NCBI GenBank assembly: GCA_934467415.1 | Contig: CAKSLQ010000003.1 | Coordinates: 5,951 to 69,950 of the forward strand | Direction of reading: 5' to 3' | DNA from: an uncultured Eubacteriales bacterium | GTDB taxonomy: Bacteria; Bacillota; Clostridia; Oscillospirales; CAG-272 | DNA length: 64,000 bases | Part shown: positions 35,042-44,975 of the stretch, one piece after another | Numbering within the stretch: position 1 is the first letter of the stretch | Layout of the letters: every line of letters starts with the position of its first letter | The notes under the pieces: generated by a model | Databases searched by the model: none | What the model was told of the DNA's origin: nothing | What the model saw: the letters and a program-made list of their open reading frames with translations, nothing else | Program-made: the position numbers and the translations under genes

Positions 35042-36604
35042 ATGGCACAGAATACAAATCAAAGTGACTACATCATCGAGATGCGGCACATCACCAAGGT
35101 GTTTCCCGGCATCGTGGCCAACGATGATGTGACGCTGACGCTGCGGCGCGGCGAGATTCACGCCCTGCTCGGCGAGAACGGCGCGGGCAAGTCCACGCTG
35201 ATGTCGGTGCTGTTCGGGCTGTACCGGCCCGAGAGCGGCGAGATTCTCAAAAACGGCGAGGTCGTGAAGATCAATGACCCCAACGACGCCACCGCGCTCG
35301 GCATCGGCATGGTGCATCAGCACTTCAAGCTGATCGACGTGTTCACCGTCCTCGACAACATCATTCTCGGCGCCGAGACGACAAAGCTCGGCTTTCTGCA
35401 AAAGAAGGCGGCGCGCCGCGCCGTGACCGCGCTGTCCGAGAAATACGGCCTTGCGGTTGACCTCGACGCGAAGATCGAGGACATCACGGTCGGGATGCAG
35501 CAGCGCGTGGAGATCCTCAAGATGCTCTACCGCGACAATGAGATTCTGATCTTCGACGAGCCGACGGCGGTGCTGACCCCGCAGGAGATCGACGAGCTGA
35601 TGAAGATCATGAAGGGCTTTGCCGCCGACGGCAAGTCGATTTTGTTCATCACGCACAAGCTCAATGAGATCATGGCGGTGGCGGACCGCGTGACGGTCCT
35701 GCGCAAGGGCAAGTGCATCGGCACGGTCAACACGGCGGACGTCACCAAGGAGGAGCTGTCCACCATGATGGTCGGCAGACCGGTACAGCTCGAGGTCGTC
35801 AAGGACGAATGTCACCCCGGCGCGCCGATCCTCGAGGTGCGCGGCCTGACCGTCCCCTCCCGCCTGCACAAGAAACCGGCGGTGAATAACGTCAGCTTTG
35901 ACGTGCGCGCGGGCGAGATTGTCTGCGTCGCGGGCATCGACGGCAACGGGCAGGCGGAGCTGATCGAGGGCATCACGGGGCTTGACCGCATCACGGGCGG
36001 CGACATCAGGCTCTGCGGCAGGGAGATCACGCACCAGAGCGTCCGCCGCCGTGCGGACGCGGGCATGGCGCACATCCCCGCCGACCGGCACAAGCACGGG
36101 CTTGTGCTCGGCAACACGCTGGAGGAGAACATCGTGCTCCAGCGCTTCCGCGATAAGGAGTTTCAGAATCACGGCTTCATCCGCTTCGACGAGGTGCGCA
36201 GGTACGCAAACGAGCTGATCGAGCGCTTCGATGTCCGCAGCGGGCAGGGCGCGGTCACCACGGTGCGCTCCATGTCGGGCGGCAACCAGCAGAAGGCGAT
36301 CGTCGCCCGCGAGCTGGATCGGAAGAAGCCGCTGCTGATTGCCGTGCAGCCGACGCGCGGACTGGACGTCGGCGCGATCGAGTCCATCCACGCGGCGCTC
36401 GTGCGCGAGCGCGACGCGGGACGCGGCGTGCTGCTCGTCTCGCTGGAGCTGGACGAGGTCATGAGCCTGTCCGACCGCATCCTCGTGATTTACGAGGGCG
36501 AGATCGTCGGCGAGCTGGACCCGAAGAAGACAACGCCCGAGGAGCTGGGTCTCTACATGGCGGGCGCCAAACGCAACGTGGGGGAGGACAAAAAACATGC
36601 GTAA
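35042..36604 (+). CDS. ABC transporter ATP-binding protein with duplicated ATPase domains (nucleoside/sugar type)
   Basis: 520 aa. Walker A GENGAGKST, a second NBD with a degenerate GIDGNGQ P-loop and MSGGNQQK signature. Confidence 0.9.
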   Translation: MAQNTNQSDYIIEMRHITKVFPGIVANDDVTLTLRRGEIHALLGENGAGKSTLMSVLFGLYRPESGEILKNGEVVKINDPNDATALGIGMVHQHFKLIDVFTVLDNIILGAETTKLGFLQKKAARRAVTALSEKYGLAVDLDAKIEDITVGMQQRVEILKMLYRDNEILIFDEPTAVLTPQEIDELMKIMKGFAADGKSILFITHKLNEIMAVADRVTVLRKGKCIGTVNTADVTKEELSTMMVGRPVQLEVVKDECHPGAPILEVRGLTVPSRLHKKPAVNNVSFDVRAGEIVCVAGIDGNGQAELIEGITGLDRITGGDIRLCGREITHQSVRRRADAGMAHIPADRHKHGLVLGNTLEENIVLQRFRDKEFQNHGFIRFDEVRRYANELIERFDVRSGQGAVTTVRSMSGGNQQKAIVARELDRKKPLLIAVQPTRGLDVGAIESIHAALVRERDAGRGVLLVSLELDEVMSLSDRILVIYEGEIVGELDPKKTTPEELGLYMAGAKRNVGEDKKHA

Positions 36605-37883
36605 ACAGACAAGTGCAGCCGCCCCTGCAGTCAATAAAGAGGGCTTTCTCGCACGCGAGGGGACGAAAACCGTCATCGCGTCGGTCTTTTCCATCCTGAT
36701 CGGCCTTGTCGTCGGCAGCATCATCATCCTGATTGTAGGCCTCACCACGCCGTCCATCTCGCTGAAGGGCGCGACCGAGGGGCTTCGGCTGGTCTTCATC
36801 GGCATCCTCAGCACCGGGCGTGACACCTCCGGCGCGCTGACCTTCGGCTTCAACCCGGTCAGCGTCGGCGATATGCTGTTCCGCGCCACGCCGATCATTC
36901 TGACCGGTCTTTCGGTCGCGGTCGCGTTCAAGACGGGACTTTTCAACATCGGCGCACCGGGGCAGTACCTGATGGGTACGGCGGGTACGCTGTATGTGGC
37001 GCTCTCGATCCCGACGACCGTTGTTCCGGCGGGCGTGGTGTGGTGTCTTGCGTTTCTCGCGGGCATCCTCGCGGGCGCGCTCTGGGGCGCGGTTCCCGGT
37101 ATGCTCAAGGCGTTCCTCAACATCAACGAGGTCATTGCCTGCATCATGTCCAACTGGATCGCGGCAAGCCTCGTCACCTGGTTCTTCGACGTGAACAGCC
37201 AGCTGAAAAACGCCTCCGAGGCGGGCAAGGTCAGCTACATCTGCAAGACGACGGCAAACGGCGTCGCCACGCCGAAGATGTTCCTTGACAAGCTGTTCCC
37301 CGGCTCGCAGGTCAACGGCGGCATTCTCATCGCGGCGGTCATCGCCGTGCTGATCTGGGTGATGATGAGCCGCACCACCTTCGGCTACGCGCTCAAATCC
37401 TGCGGTGCCAACCGTTACGCCGCGAAATACGCGGGCATCAACGACAAGCGCTGCATCATCCTCTCGATGGCGATCGCGGGCGGCCTTTCCGGCGCGGCCG
37501 CCGCGCTCTACTGGCTGTCCGGCAACACCGAGTTCTTCTGGTCCACCTACCAGTCGCTGCCCACCGAGGGCTTCAACGGTATCCCGGTCGCCCTGCTCGC
37601 GGCCAACAACCCGATCGCGGTCATCTTCACCGGCTGCTTCATGTCGATGCTGAACATCGCGGGTCTCCAGATCAAAAATCTCACCGCGTACAACGAGTAT
37701 CTCACCGACATCATCATTGCGATCATCGTCTACCTCAGCTCCTTCTCGCTGGTCATCAAGCTGATGCTCACCGGGCGGAAGAAGAAGGCGGCGGTCGCCG
37801 CGCAGGACGCGGCTGTCCCTGCGGATGACCGGACGGCAGCCATGCCGCCGGAAAGCGCGGCAGCCGAAAAGGAGGCAGACTGA
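36597..37883 (+). CDS. ABC transporter permease (BPD_transp_2 type)
   Basis: 428 aa polytopic protein that overlaps the ATPase gene. Ala/Pro-rich C-terminal tail. Confidence 0.85.
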   Translation: MRKQTSAAAPAVNKEGFLAREGTKTVIASVFSILIGLVVGSIIILIVGLTTPSISLKGATEGLRLVFIGILSTGRDTSGALTFGFNPVSVGDMLFRATPIILTGLSVAVAFKTGLFNIGAPGQYLMGTAGTLYVALSIPTTVVPAGVVWCLAFLAGILAGALWGAVPGMLKAFLNINEVIACIMSNWIAASLVTWFFDVNSQLKNASEAGKVSYICKTTANGVATPKMFLDKLFPGSQVNGGILIAAVIAVLIWVMMSRTTFGYALKSCGANRYAAKYAGINDKRCIILSMAIAGGLSGAAAALYWLSGNTEFFWSTYQSLPTEGFNGIPVALLAANNPIAVIFTGCFMSMLNIAGLQIKNLTAYNEYLTDIIIAIIVYLSSFSLVIKLMLTGRKKKAAVAAQDAAVPADDRTAAMPPESAAAEKEAD

Positions 37884-38890
37884 TGGTATTTCTGATTCAA
37901 CAAACGATCAACTACGCCGTTCCGCTGCTGATCGTCGCGCTTGCGGGCGTATTTGCGGAGCGCAGCGGCGTCATCAACCTGGCGCTTGAAGGTATCATGG
38001 TGTTCGGCGCGTTTGTCGGCGCGCTGTTCATCCGCATCATGCAGTCGAGCGGCCTGTTTGACAAGAGCCGGGGGCAGTGGCTGCTGCTGCTGACCATGCT
38101 GGTCTGCGCGCTGATGGGCGCGGTCTTCTCGCTTCTGCTCTCCTTCTCCGCCATCAACTTGAAGGCGGATCAGACCATCGGCGGCACGGCGCTCAACCTG
38201 CTGGCGCCCGCGCTCGTTCTCTTCCTCATCAACGTCATTTCCCAGCAGAACAAGCTGGTCATCGACGGCGGCGCAACCACCTGGTTCATGATCAAGAAGA
38301 GCACGTTCGGCATTCCGAAGAACCAGGACATCGGGTTCTTCGGCGAGCTGCTGATCCACAAGGTCTACCTTTCGACCTATGTCTGCATCCTGCTCTTCAT
38401 CGTGCTGTCCGTGCTGCTGTACACCACCAAATTCGGCCTGCGTCTGCGCGCCTGCGGCGAAAATCCCCAGGCGGCGGCCTCGCTCGGCATCAACGTCTAC
38501 AAGATGCGCTATGCCGGCACGACCATCTCGGGCGCGCTGTCCGGCATCGGCGGCTTTGTCTACGCGCTCGCGGCGGCCGACGGCGCGGCGACCGGTGAGG
38601 TCGCGGGCTTCGGCTTCCTCGCCCTCGCGGTCATGATCTTCGGCAACTGGACGCCCTCGAACATCGCGGTAAGCGCCCTCCTGTTCGGCCTGTTCAAGTG
38701 CATCGCGGCGGCGTATTCCAGCCTGGATCTCAACGGCGACGGCGTGTACTGGCTGGCCGAGATCGGCATTCCCTCGCACATCTACCGGCTTCTGCCGTAC
38801 CTCATCACGCTCATCGTGCTGGCCTTCACCTCCAAGCGCTCGCGCGTACCGAAGGCGGAGGGCATCCCCTATGACCAGGGCGCGAGGTAA
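37883..38890 (+). CDS. ABC transporter permease (BPD_transp_2 type)
   Basis: 335 aa polytopic protein. TGATG junction with the upstream permease gene. Confidence 0.85.
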   Translation: MVFLIQQTINYAVPLLIVALAGVFAERSGVINLALEGIMVFGAFVGALFIRIMQSSGLFDKSRGQWLLLLTMLVCALMGAVFSLLLSFSAINLKADQTIGGTALNLLAPALVLFLINVISQQNKLVIDGGATTWFMIKKSTFGIPKNQDIGFFGELLIHKVYLSTYVCILLFIVLSVLLYTTKFGLRLRACGENPQAAASLGINVYKMRYAGTTISGALSGIGGFVYALAAADGAATGEVAGFGFLALAVMIFGNWTPSNIAVSALLFGLFKCIAAAYSSLDLNGDGVYWLAEIGIPSHIYRLLPYLITLIVLAFTSKRSRVPKAEGIPYDQGAR

Positions 38891-38901
38891 CGGAGGATAT
38901 C

Positions 38902-39519
38902 ATGGCAGACATGCTTATCATCGGCATCGCGGGCGGCTCGGGCAGCGGCAAAAGCACGATCGCGCGGCTGATCGCCGAGAAGTTCGGTGACGATGTGACG
39001 GTGCTCCGGCACGACGACTATTACAAAGAGCAGCACGATCTCTCCATCGAGGAACGTGCAAAGCAGAATTACGACTGCCCCGAGGCGTTTGACACGGCGC
39101 TGATGGCGGAGCACATCCGCGCGCTGCGCGAAGGAAAGGCGATCGACTGCCCGGTCTACGACTACATGGTCCACGACCGCTCCGACGAGACGCGGCGCAT
39201 CGCGCCGCGCCCCGTGCTGCTCATCGACGGGATTCTGGTGCTGGCCGATAAGCGGCTGCGCGACCTGATGGACATCCGCATCTTTGTGGACACCGACGCG
39301 GACATCCGCATCCTGCGGCGCATCCGCCGCGACGTCAACAAGCGGCAGCGCACGCTGGAGTCGGTCATGGAGCAGTATCTTGCAACGGTCAAGCCGATGC
39401 ACGAGGCCTATGTCGAACCGAGCAAAAAGTATGCGGACATCATCATTCCCGAGGGCGGACATAATCTCGTCGCGCTCGAAATGCTGGAAAACCGCATTCG
39501 CCACCACATCGACGCATAA
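38902..39519 (+). CDS. udk: uridine kinase
   Basis: 205 aa. P-loop IGIAGGSGSGKST, plus DDYY and RRIRRD motifs. Confidence 0.95.
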   Translation: MADMLIIGIAGGSGSGKSTIARLIAEKFGDDVTVLRHDDYYKEQHDLSIEERAKQNYDCPEAFDTALMAEHIRALREGKAIDCPVYDYMVHDRSDETRRIAPRPVLLIDGILVLADKRLRDLMDIRIFVDTDADIRILRRIRRDVNKRQRTLESVMEQYLATVKPMHEAYVEPSKKYADIIIPEGGHNLVALEMLENRIRHHIDA

Positions 39520-39522
39520 GAG

Positions 39523-39555
39523 CAAAAAAGGCGCTCCCGCGGGAGCGCCTTTTTG
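39523..39555. terminator. bidirectional rho-independent terminator (udk / hlyIII)
   Basis: aaaaaa-ggcgctcccgcgggagcgcc-ttttt, a perfect 20-nt palindrome. Confidence 0.9.
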
Positions 39556-39561
39556 TGTGCC

Positions 39562-40212
39562 TTACAGCACATAGAAATATACCGAGAAATAGTGCAGAAT
39601 CGAACCGGCGAGGACAAACAGGTGCCAGACCGAGTGCATGTAGCGGATCTTCTTCAGCTTGTAGAAGATGATGCCAACCGTGTAGCAGATGCCGCCCGCC
39701 AGCAGGAGGATCAGCCCGCCCGGCTGCATCGCGGCGAGCAGCGGCTTGACGGTCAGCACGATGCACCAGCCCATCGCGACATAGAGGATCATCTCGATCT
39801 TGCGGAAGCGGTCCAGCATCACCGCGTCGAAAACGATACCGATGACGGCCAGCCCCCAGAGAATGCCGAACAGCGTCCAGCCGAGCGCGCCGCGCAGGGT
39901 CACGAGCAGATAGGGCGTGTAGGTGCCTGCGATCAGCAGGAAGATGGTCGTGTGGTCGAAGACGCGGAACACGCGCTTTGCACCCGCCGGGGCGAGCGCG
40001 TGGTAGAGCGTGGACATCGTGTAGAGGATAATCAGCGCTGCGCCGTAAAGCGAGACCGAGACCACGCCGTAGGCGTCGCTGACATGCGCCGCATGTACAA
40101 TGAGCGTCACCAGCGCGGCAATCGACAGACCGGCGCCGACGCCGTGCGACACCGCATTGAAAATTTCTTCGCCGACCGTGTAGCGGGGGGCGGGTTTGTT
40201 GTTATTGGTCAA
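39562..40212 (-). CDS. hemolysin III / PAQR family membrane protein
   Basis: 216 aa with 7 TM segments. NAVSHGVG, FDHTTIFLLIAGTYTP and HSVWHLFVLAGSILHY motifs. Confidence 0.9.
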   Translation of the reverse strand: MTNNNKPAPRYTVGEEIFNAVSHGVGAGLSIAALVTLIVHAAHVSDAYGVVSVSLYGAALIILYTMSTLYHALAPAGAKRVFRVFDHTTIFLLIAGTYTPYLLVTLRGALGWTLFGILWGLAVIGIVFDAVMLDRFRKIEMILYVAMGWCIVLTVKPLLAAMQPGGLILLLAGGICYTVGIIFYKLKKIRYMHSVWHLFVLAGSILHYFSVYFYVL

Positions 40213-40309
40213 TTTGGTAAACTCCTTTGCATCATCTTGTTTTCAAAACCATGTTACCACATTCGGAAGTCCGTGTCAAGAGAAAAAGCACTTTGCCGGC
40301 GGCAGGCCG

Positions 40310-40338
40310 TTGACAAAATCCGCGGGATAAAGTATACT
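40310..40338 (+). promoter_or_regulatory. sigma-A-type promoter of rodA
   Basis: TTGACA (40310-40315), 17-nt spacer, TATACT (40333-40338). Confidence 0.6.
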
Positions 40339-40379
40339 GTTAATGTTGGATTATGACGAAACGGCGGGGAGGTGCGGGC

Positions 40380-41501
40380 ATGAAGGCGTTTTCGATCACC
40401 TGGTATGAAAAGCTGCGCAAGCTGGACTATATCGTGCTGGCGGCAGTGCTCGTACTGACGCTTGTCAGCCTGATCACGCTGGCGGGCGCGGCCAACGACA
40501 TCGGCACGAAGTATTTCTATGTGCAGCTCGGCGCGGCGGTGCTTGGCTTTGTCGCCATGGCGGTCATCTCCACGATCGACTATGAGGAGGTCGCGGACCG
40601 GTTTTCGGTGTTCCTCTTCGCGGTCGGCGTCCTGCTGCTCGGCGTCACGCTCCTCATCGGCACGGGTGACGGCAACAAGAGCTGGATCCGGTTTTCCTGG
40701 CTGCCCATCGGCATTCAGCCCTCCGAGTTTGTCAAGGTGCTGTACATCGTCTCGTTTTCCAAGCACATCAGCCTCGTGCGGGATAAGATCAACCACCCGC
40801 TCTCGCTTTTGAAGCTCGGCGCACACGCCGGGATCATCATCGGGCTGATCATGCTCCAGGGCGACCTCGGCTCGGCGCTGGTCTTCATGTTCATGACCGC
40901 CGCCATGCTCTACTGTGCGGGGCTCAGCTTCTGGTATTTTCTCGCGGCGGCGGGCGTTATCGTCGCGGCGGCGCCGTTTTTGTGGGAGCATCTTGCCGAG
41001 TACCAGCAGCGGCGCATCATCGCGGGCTTTCATCCCGAGAGCGATCCGACCGACAAGGGCTTTCAGGCGCTCATGAGCCGCCGTGCGATTGCCGCGGGCG
41101 GCTTCTTCGGCACGGGCTTTTCGGGCGGGACCGAATATCAGAAGGTGCCGTTTGTCCACACCGACTTCATTTTCGCCATCACCAGTGAGAAGTTCGGCTT
41201 TTTCGGCGCGCTGCTCGTCATTCTGATGCTCTGCGTGCTGGTCGTGCGCGCGCTCGTCCTCGCGCAGAAGCTGCGCGGCAGCTATGCCTCGACCATGTGC
41301 GTCGGCGTCGCCGCCGTGCTGATCGCGCAGTCGGCCGAGAACATTGGTATGTGTCTCGCGCGCCTGCCGGTCGTCGGTATCACGCTGCCGTTCATGAGCT
41401 ACGGCGGCTCGTCCATGGTCGCCAGCTACTGTCTGATCGGCATTGTGCAGAGCATTAACGCCCATCGCGGAAAATATTTTTTCGAAAGACAAAAAAAGTA
41501 G
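40380..41501 (+). CDS. rodA: SEDS family peptidoglycan glycosyltransferase (RodA/FtsW/SpoVE)
   Basis: Trimmed to ATG 40380 (GGAGG upstream). About 10 TM segments. QPSEFVK, TDFIFA and LPFMSYGGSS motifs. Confidence 0.9.
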   Translation: MKAFSITWYEKLRKLDYIVLAAVLVLTLVSLITLAGAANDIGTKYFYVQLGAAVLGFVAMAVISTIDYEEVADRFSVFLFAVGVLLLGVTLLIGTGDGNKSWIRFSWLPIGIQPSEFVKVLYIVSFSKHISLVRDKINHPLSLLKLGAHAGIIIGLIMLQGDLGSALVFMFMTAAMLYCAGLSFWYFLAAAGVIVAAAPFLWEHLAEYQQRRIIAGFHPESDPTDKGFQALMSRRAIAAGGFFGTGFSGGTEYQKVPFVHTDFIFAITSEKFGFFGALLVILMLCVLVVRALVLAQKLRGSYASTMCVGVAAVLIAQSAENIGMCLARLPVVGITLPFMSYGGSSMVASYCLIGIVQSINAHRGKYFFERQKK

Positions 41502-41602
41502 TGCATTTTTCGAAAAAGTATGGTATACTGTATCGTGTGAGGTTCAAACGGGCGGCTTTGCCCGTCCTGCAAACGCCCGCACACACCCGTGACCTTACTT
41601 TC

Positions 41603-41680
41603 GCGCCCTTAGCTCAGCCCGGATAGAGTACCGGATTCCGATTCCGTTGGTCGTGGGTTCAAATCCCTCAGGGCGCGCCA
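41603..41680 (+). tRNA. tRNA-Arg (anticodon CCG)
   Basis: Hand-folded cloverleaf. Acceptor gcgccct/agggcgc, anticodon loop ttCCGat, T-loop ttcaaat, encoded CCA. One non-Watson-Crick pair in the anticodon stem (27:43) and one in the T stem (50:64). Confidence 0.7.
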
Positions 41681-41706
41681 GATCCGCTTTTCCCAAGCGG
41701 ACATAT

Positions 41707-41782
41707 GGGGCATTAGCGCAGTTGGGAGCGCACAACACTGGCAGTGTTGGGGTCAGGGGTTCGAATCCCCTATGCTCCACCA
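41707..41782 (+). tRNA. tRNA-Ala (anticodon GGC)
   Basis: Acceptor ggggcat/atgctcc with the G3:U70 Ala identity pair. Anticodon loop ctGGCag, T arm agggg-ttcgaat-cccct, encoded CCA. Confidence 0.9.
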
Positions 41783-41820
41783 ACAACAAAAGACCGCCGC
41801 ACGGCGGTCTTTTGTTGTTG
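41783..41820 (+). terminator. rho-independent terminator after the tRNA pair
   Basis: caacaacaaaagaccgcc-gcac-ggcggtcttttgttgttg. Confidence 0.85.
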
Positions 41821-42019
41821 CTGTTACAGTCGGCTTCGTACCTCTCTCAAAAGCCGAACGGCTTTTGAGAAGCTTTGCGCGCTGACAAAGCAACAAATCT
41901 ACAGAAAGCGGGGCGCAAAGCGGGGGTTACGAATCCGGATGCTTTTGCGGGTGAAAGCTCTTGCGCGTTTTCGCTGCGCGTGCTATAATGTGAGCAAACC
42001 GAAGACACGGAGGACTGTG

Positions 42020-42700
42020 ATGAAACTGTTTTTGAGCGGCGGTGCGGCGGACGGCAACCCGGGCTACCAAAAGTTCCTTGACGCGGTGGACCGCACGAAG
42101 CCGATCCTGTACATCTGCTTTGCGGTGTCGCCGCGCAACCGCATCGCGCGCTATGCGGATTTTGCCGCGCGCATGGCGCGGGAGGGCATTTTTTCCACGC
42201 GGATGTGTGAGGGCACCGACCTGTTTGACACGGTGGAGCTGCGCACGTTCGGCGGCATTTTTTGCAGCGGGGGCAACACCTACCGCCTCCTCAAAGCCTT
42301 GCGTGAGCATGACGCCATCGAAAAAATCAAGGCGTATCTGCAAAGCGGCGGCGTCTGGTACGGCAGCAGCGCGGGTTCGGTCGTCTGCGGCGCGGACATT
42401 CAGCCGATCTGCTACATGGACCCGAATACGGTCGCGCTGCGCGACACGCGCGGGCTGAATCTCATCGGCGGCTGGTCCACCGTGGCGCACTACAATTCCT
42501 CGGCCGAGCCGGAGGTCAATGAAGAGTTCAACGCAGCCGTTGCCGAGTTGGCGCGGGACTACCCGAAGCTGCTGGCACTGCCGGAGGCCGCGAGCATCGT
42601 GGTCGAGGACGGCAAAATGTACATCTGCGGCGCACCCTGCCCCGTCTTTGAGGGAGGCGTGCAGACCCGCGTCCTCGCCGACGGCGAAGTGTTTGCCTGA
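42020..42700 (+). CDS. peptidase S51 (dipeptidase E-like) family protein
   Basis: ORF 41744..42700 trimmed to ATG 42020; the upstream part of the ORF crosses tRNA-Ala and its terminator. GGNTYRLLKAL and YGSSAGSVV (Ser nucleophile) motifs. Confidence 0.8.
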   Translation: MKLFLSGGAADGNPGYQKFLDAVDRTKPILYICFAVSPRNRIARYADFAARMAREGIFSTRMCEGTDLFDTVELRTFGGIFCSGGNTYRLLKALREHDAIEKIKAYLQSGGVWYGSSAGSVVCGADIQPICYMDPNTVALRDTRGLNLIGGWSTVAHYNSSAEPEVNEEFNAAVAELARDYPKLLALPEAASIVVEDGKMYICGAPCPVFEGGVQTRVLADGEVFA

Positions 42701-42721
42701 GCGGCGCGATCTGCGGAATAT

Positions 42722-42757
42722 AAAAAAGAGGGCTTTCGGATGAAAGTCCTCTTTTTG
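42722..42757. terminator. bidirectional terminator (S51 peptidase / murE)
   Basis: aaaaagagggctttc-gga-tgaaagtcctcttttt, with one mismatch in the stem. Confidence 0.7.
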
Positions 42758-42764
42758 CTTTGCA

Positions 42765-44246
42765 TTACACCTTTGCGAGGGCGCGGGCGGCCGCGGCCTC
42801 CTCGATCAGCCGCCGTTCGGAGAAGGGCAGCTTGCCGCCGCGCACGAGCTGGTACTGCTCGTGTCCCTTGCCGGCAAACAGCACGATGTCGCCGGGGGTG
42901 GCCTGTTCCACGGCGCGGCGCACCGCTTCGGTGCGATCCGGGATGATCTCGGCCGGGATCTTGCGCACAAAGGCCGCACGGATGGCGGCGCAGATGGCGG
43001 CGGGATCTTCATAGTCCGGGTTGTCCGCCGTGAGGATCGCCGCGTCCGCATATGTGCTGACGGCGCGGCCGAGTTCGGCGCGCCGCCCCTCGGTGCGGCC
43101 GCCGACCGAGCCGAGTACGCAGACGAGGCGGTGCGGCGCATAGGCGCGCAGCGTGGTCAGCGCGCTCTCGAGGCTCAGCCCGTTGTGCGCGTAGTCGAGG
43201 ATGAAAACGGCGTCGAGCGGCGTTTTGACGATCTCGAAGCGGCCGCGCACATAGGTGTGCGCGAGCGTGTCTGCCGCATCGTCGATCGAGACGCCGAACA
43301 GGTGCGCAAGCGCGATCGCGCAGAGCGCGTTGTGCGCGTTGAACGCACCGGGCATCGGCAGATGCACGCGCCGCTTTGTGCCGAAATGGGTCAACGTAAA
43401 TTCCACGCCGAGCTCGCCCGCCTCGCAGAACGGCGTGATCGCCGACGCGCGGAAATCGCCGGCCGTCGTGCCGAAGCTGCTGCAAAGCGCGGTGCAGCCG
43501 TCGAGCATGTAGGCGGTCTCGGGGTCGTCGGCGTTGCCGACCGCAAAGGCTGCGCCGAAGTCGGTGAACAGCTTCTTCTTCGAGTCGCGGTAATGTTCAA
43601 ACGTCGGATGCTCAAACCCGCCGATGTGGTCGGGCGCAAGGTTGGTGAACGCGACGGCGTCAAACGGAATGCCGTACACGCGGTCGAGATAGAGCGCCTG
43701 CGAGGAAACCTCCAGCACGACGGCGCGGCAGCCCGCGCGGCGCATCCGGTCAAAGCAGCCGTGCAGTTCGAGGCTCTCGGGCGTGGTGTTCTTCGTGTCG
43801 AAATGGTTGCCCATGAAGTCGACGCCGTTTGACCCGATGTAGCCTGCGGGAATCCCGTTTTCGCTGAGGATGGCGGCGGTCATCAGCGCCGTCGTGGTCT
43901 TGCCCTTCGTCCCGGTAATGCCGATGACGGTCATGTTCCGCGCGGGGAAGCCGAAAAACGCCGCGCTGACCTGCGCCAGCGCGCGGCGCGTGTTGTCGGT
44001 GTAAACGACGGCGGCGTCATCCGGCAGCGCGAGCGCCGCCTCGGCCAGAAACGCGCGGCAGCCGGCCGCATAGGCGCGCGCGGCATAGGCGTGGCCGTCG
44101 CCGGTGAAGCCGCGGATGCAAACGAAAAGCGTCTCGGGCGCAGCCTCGCGCGAGTCGCAGACGACGCGCTCGATGTTCTCCCCGCCGTCGCCGACCATCT
44201 GCCGCACGGCGACGCCGGCGGTCTCGATCAGTTCGGACAGCCGCAT
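42765..44246 (-). CDS. murE: UDP-N-acetylmuramoyl-L-alanyl-D-glutamate--diamino acid ligase MurE
   Basis: 493 aa. P-loop GITGTKGKTT and the Mur ligase domain order. The specificity motif reads TADNPDYEDP (DNPD rather than DNPR). Confidence 0.95.
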   Translation of the reverse strand: MRLSELIETAGVAVRQMVGDGGENIERVVCDSREAAPETLFVCIRGFTGDGHAYAARAYAAGCRAFLAEAALALPDDAAVVYTDNTRRALAQVSAAFFGFPARNMTVIGITGTKGKTTTALMTAAILSENGIPAGYIGSNGVDFMGNHFDTKNTTPESLELHGCFDRMRRAGCRAVVLEVSSQALYLDRVYGIPFDAVAFTNLAPDHIGGFEHPTFEHYRDSKKKLFTDFGAAFAVGNADDPETAYMLDGCTALCSSFGTTAGDFRASAITPFCEAGELGVEFTLTHFGTKRRVHLPMPGAFNAHNALCAIALAHLFGVSIDDAADTLAHTYVRGRFEIVKTPLDAVFILDYAHNGLSLESALTTLRAYAPHRLVCVLGSVGGRTEGRRAELGRAVSTYADAAILTADNPDYEDPAAICAAIRAAFVRKIPAEIIPDRTEAVRRAVEQATPGDIVLFAGKGHEQYQLVRGGKLPFSERRLIEEAAAARALAKV

Positions 44247-44965
44247 CAGATGCCTCCCTCCGTGTCACAGAGCGTCTTGCCGCACGCCAGCACCGTGGCG
44301 CGCGCCAGCGCATCGACCGAATCCACAAAGCGGCTGCCGAGGTGATAGTCGCGCTCCAGCAGCGACAGCTCGGTGCAGCCAAGGACGAGAAAATCGCAGC
44401 CGTCGTCCAGCATACGGTTGGCCACGCGGTAGAATGCCCGCATGTCGGGGCGCCTGCCGCACTTGATCTCCCGATAGATGATGGCGGTGATGACCGCCTG
44501 CTCCTCGGGGGTGGGGGCAACGCATTCGATGCCGTGCGCCGCCGAGACGGCCGGGTAAGTCCCCGCTTTGACCGTACCCTCGGTGGCAAGGAGGCCGATC
44601 TTGCGCGCGCCCTTGGCCGCCGGCAGCTTCAGCGTCTCCTCGATGATGTTGAGCATCGGGATATGGACGCTGCCCGCGATCGCGTCGTAAAAATAGTGCG
44701 CCGTGTTGCAGGGCATGGCGATCACGTCCGCGCCCGCGCGCTCGAGGATCTTCGCGCTCTCCACCATGCGCGGCGTGGGATCGACCGCGCTTTTGCCGAG
44801 GATGAAATCCGTGCGGTCCGGCGTGTCGGAAAGGCCCGCGAGGATCACGTTGATGTGCTCCTGGTCGCAGGACGCTTTCGTCAGCGCGGTGACGCGCTCA
44901 TAGAAGTAGACCCCCGCCATCGGGCCCAGCCCGCCGAGAATGCCGAGTGTCTTTGCCTTTTCCAT
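44246..44965 (-). CDS. aspartate racemase family protein
   Basis: Trimmed to the ATG giving MEKAKTLGILGGLGPMAG (GAGGAGG 6 nt upstream). Two catalytic Cys motifs, MPCNTAHYF and LGCTELSLL. Its stop overlaps the murE start (TGATG). Confidence 0.85.
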   Translation of the reverse strand: MEKAKTLGILGGLGPMAGVYFYERVTALTKASCDQEHINVILAGLSDTPDRTDFILGKSAVDPTPRMVESAKILERAGADVIAMPCNTAHYFYDAIAGSVHIPMLNIIEETLKLPAAKGARKIGLLATEGTVKAGTYPAVSAAHGIECVAPTPEEQAVITAIIYREIKCGRRPDMRAFYRVANRMLDDGCDFLVLGCTELSLLERDYHLGSRFVDSVDALARATVLACGKTLCDTEGGI

Positions 44966-44975
44966 GTGTACCTCC

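Noticed and set aside
32915-37228. 1437-aa minus-strand ORF spanning znuB to the ABC permease genes
   Set aside because: It is antisense to four recognisable plus-strand genes and crosses a promoter and a terminator. Arg/Ala-rich artefact.
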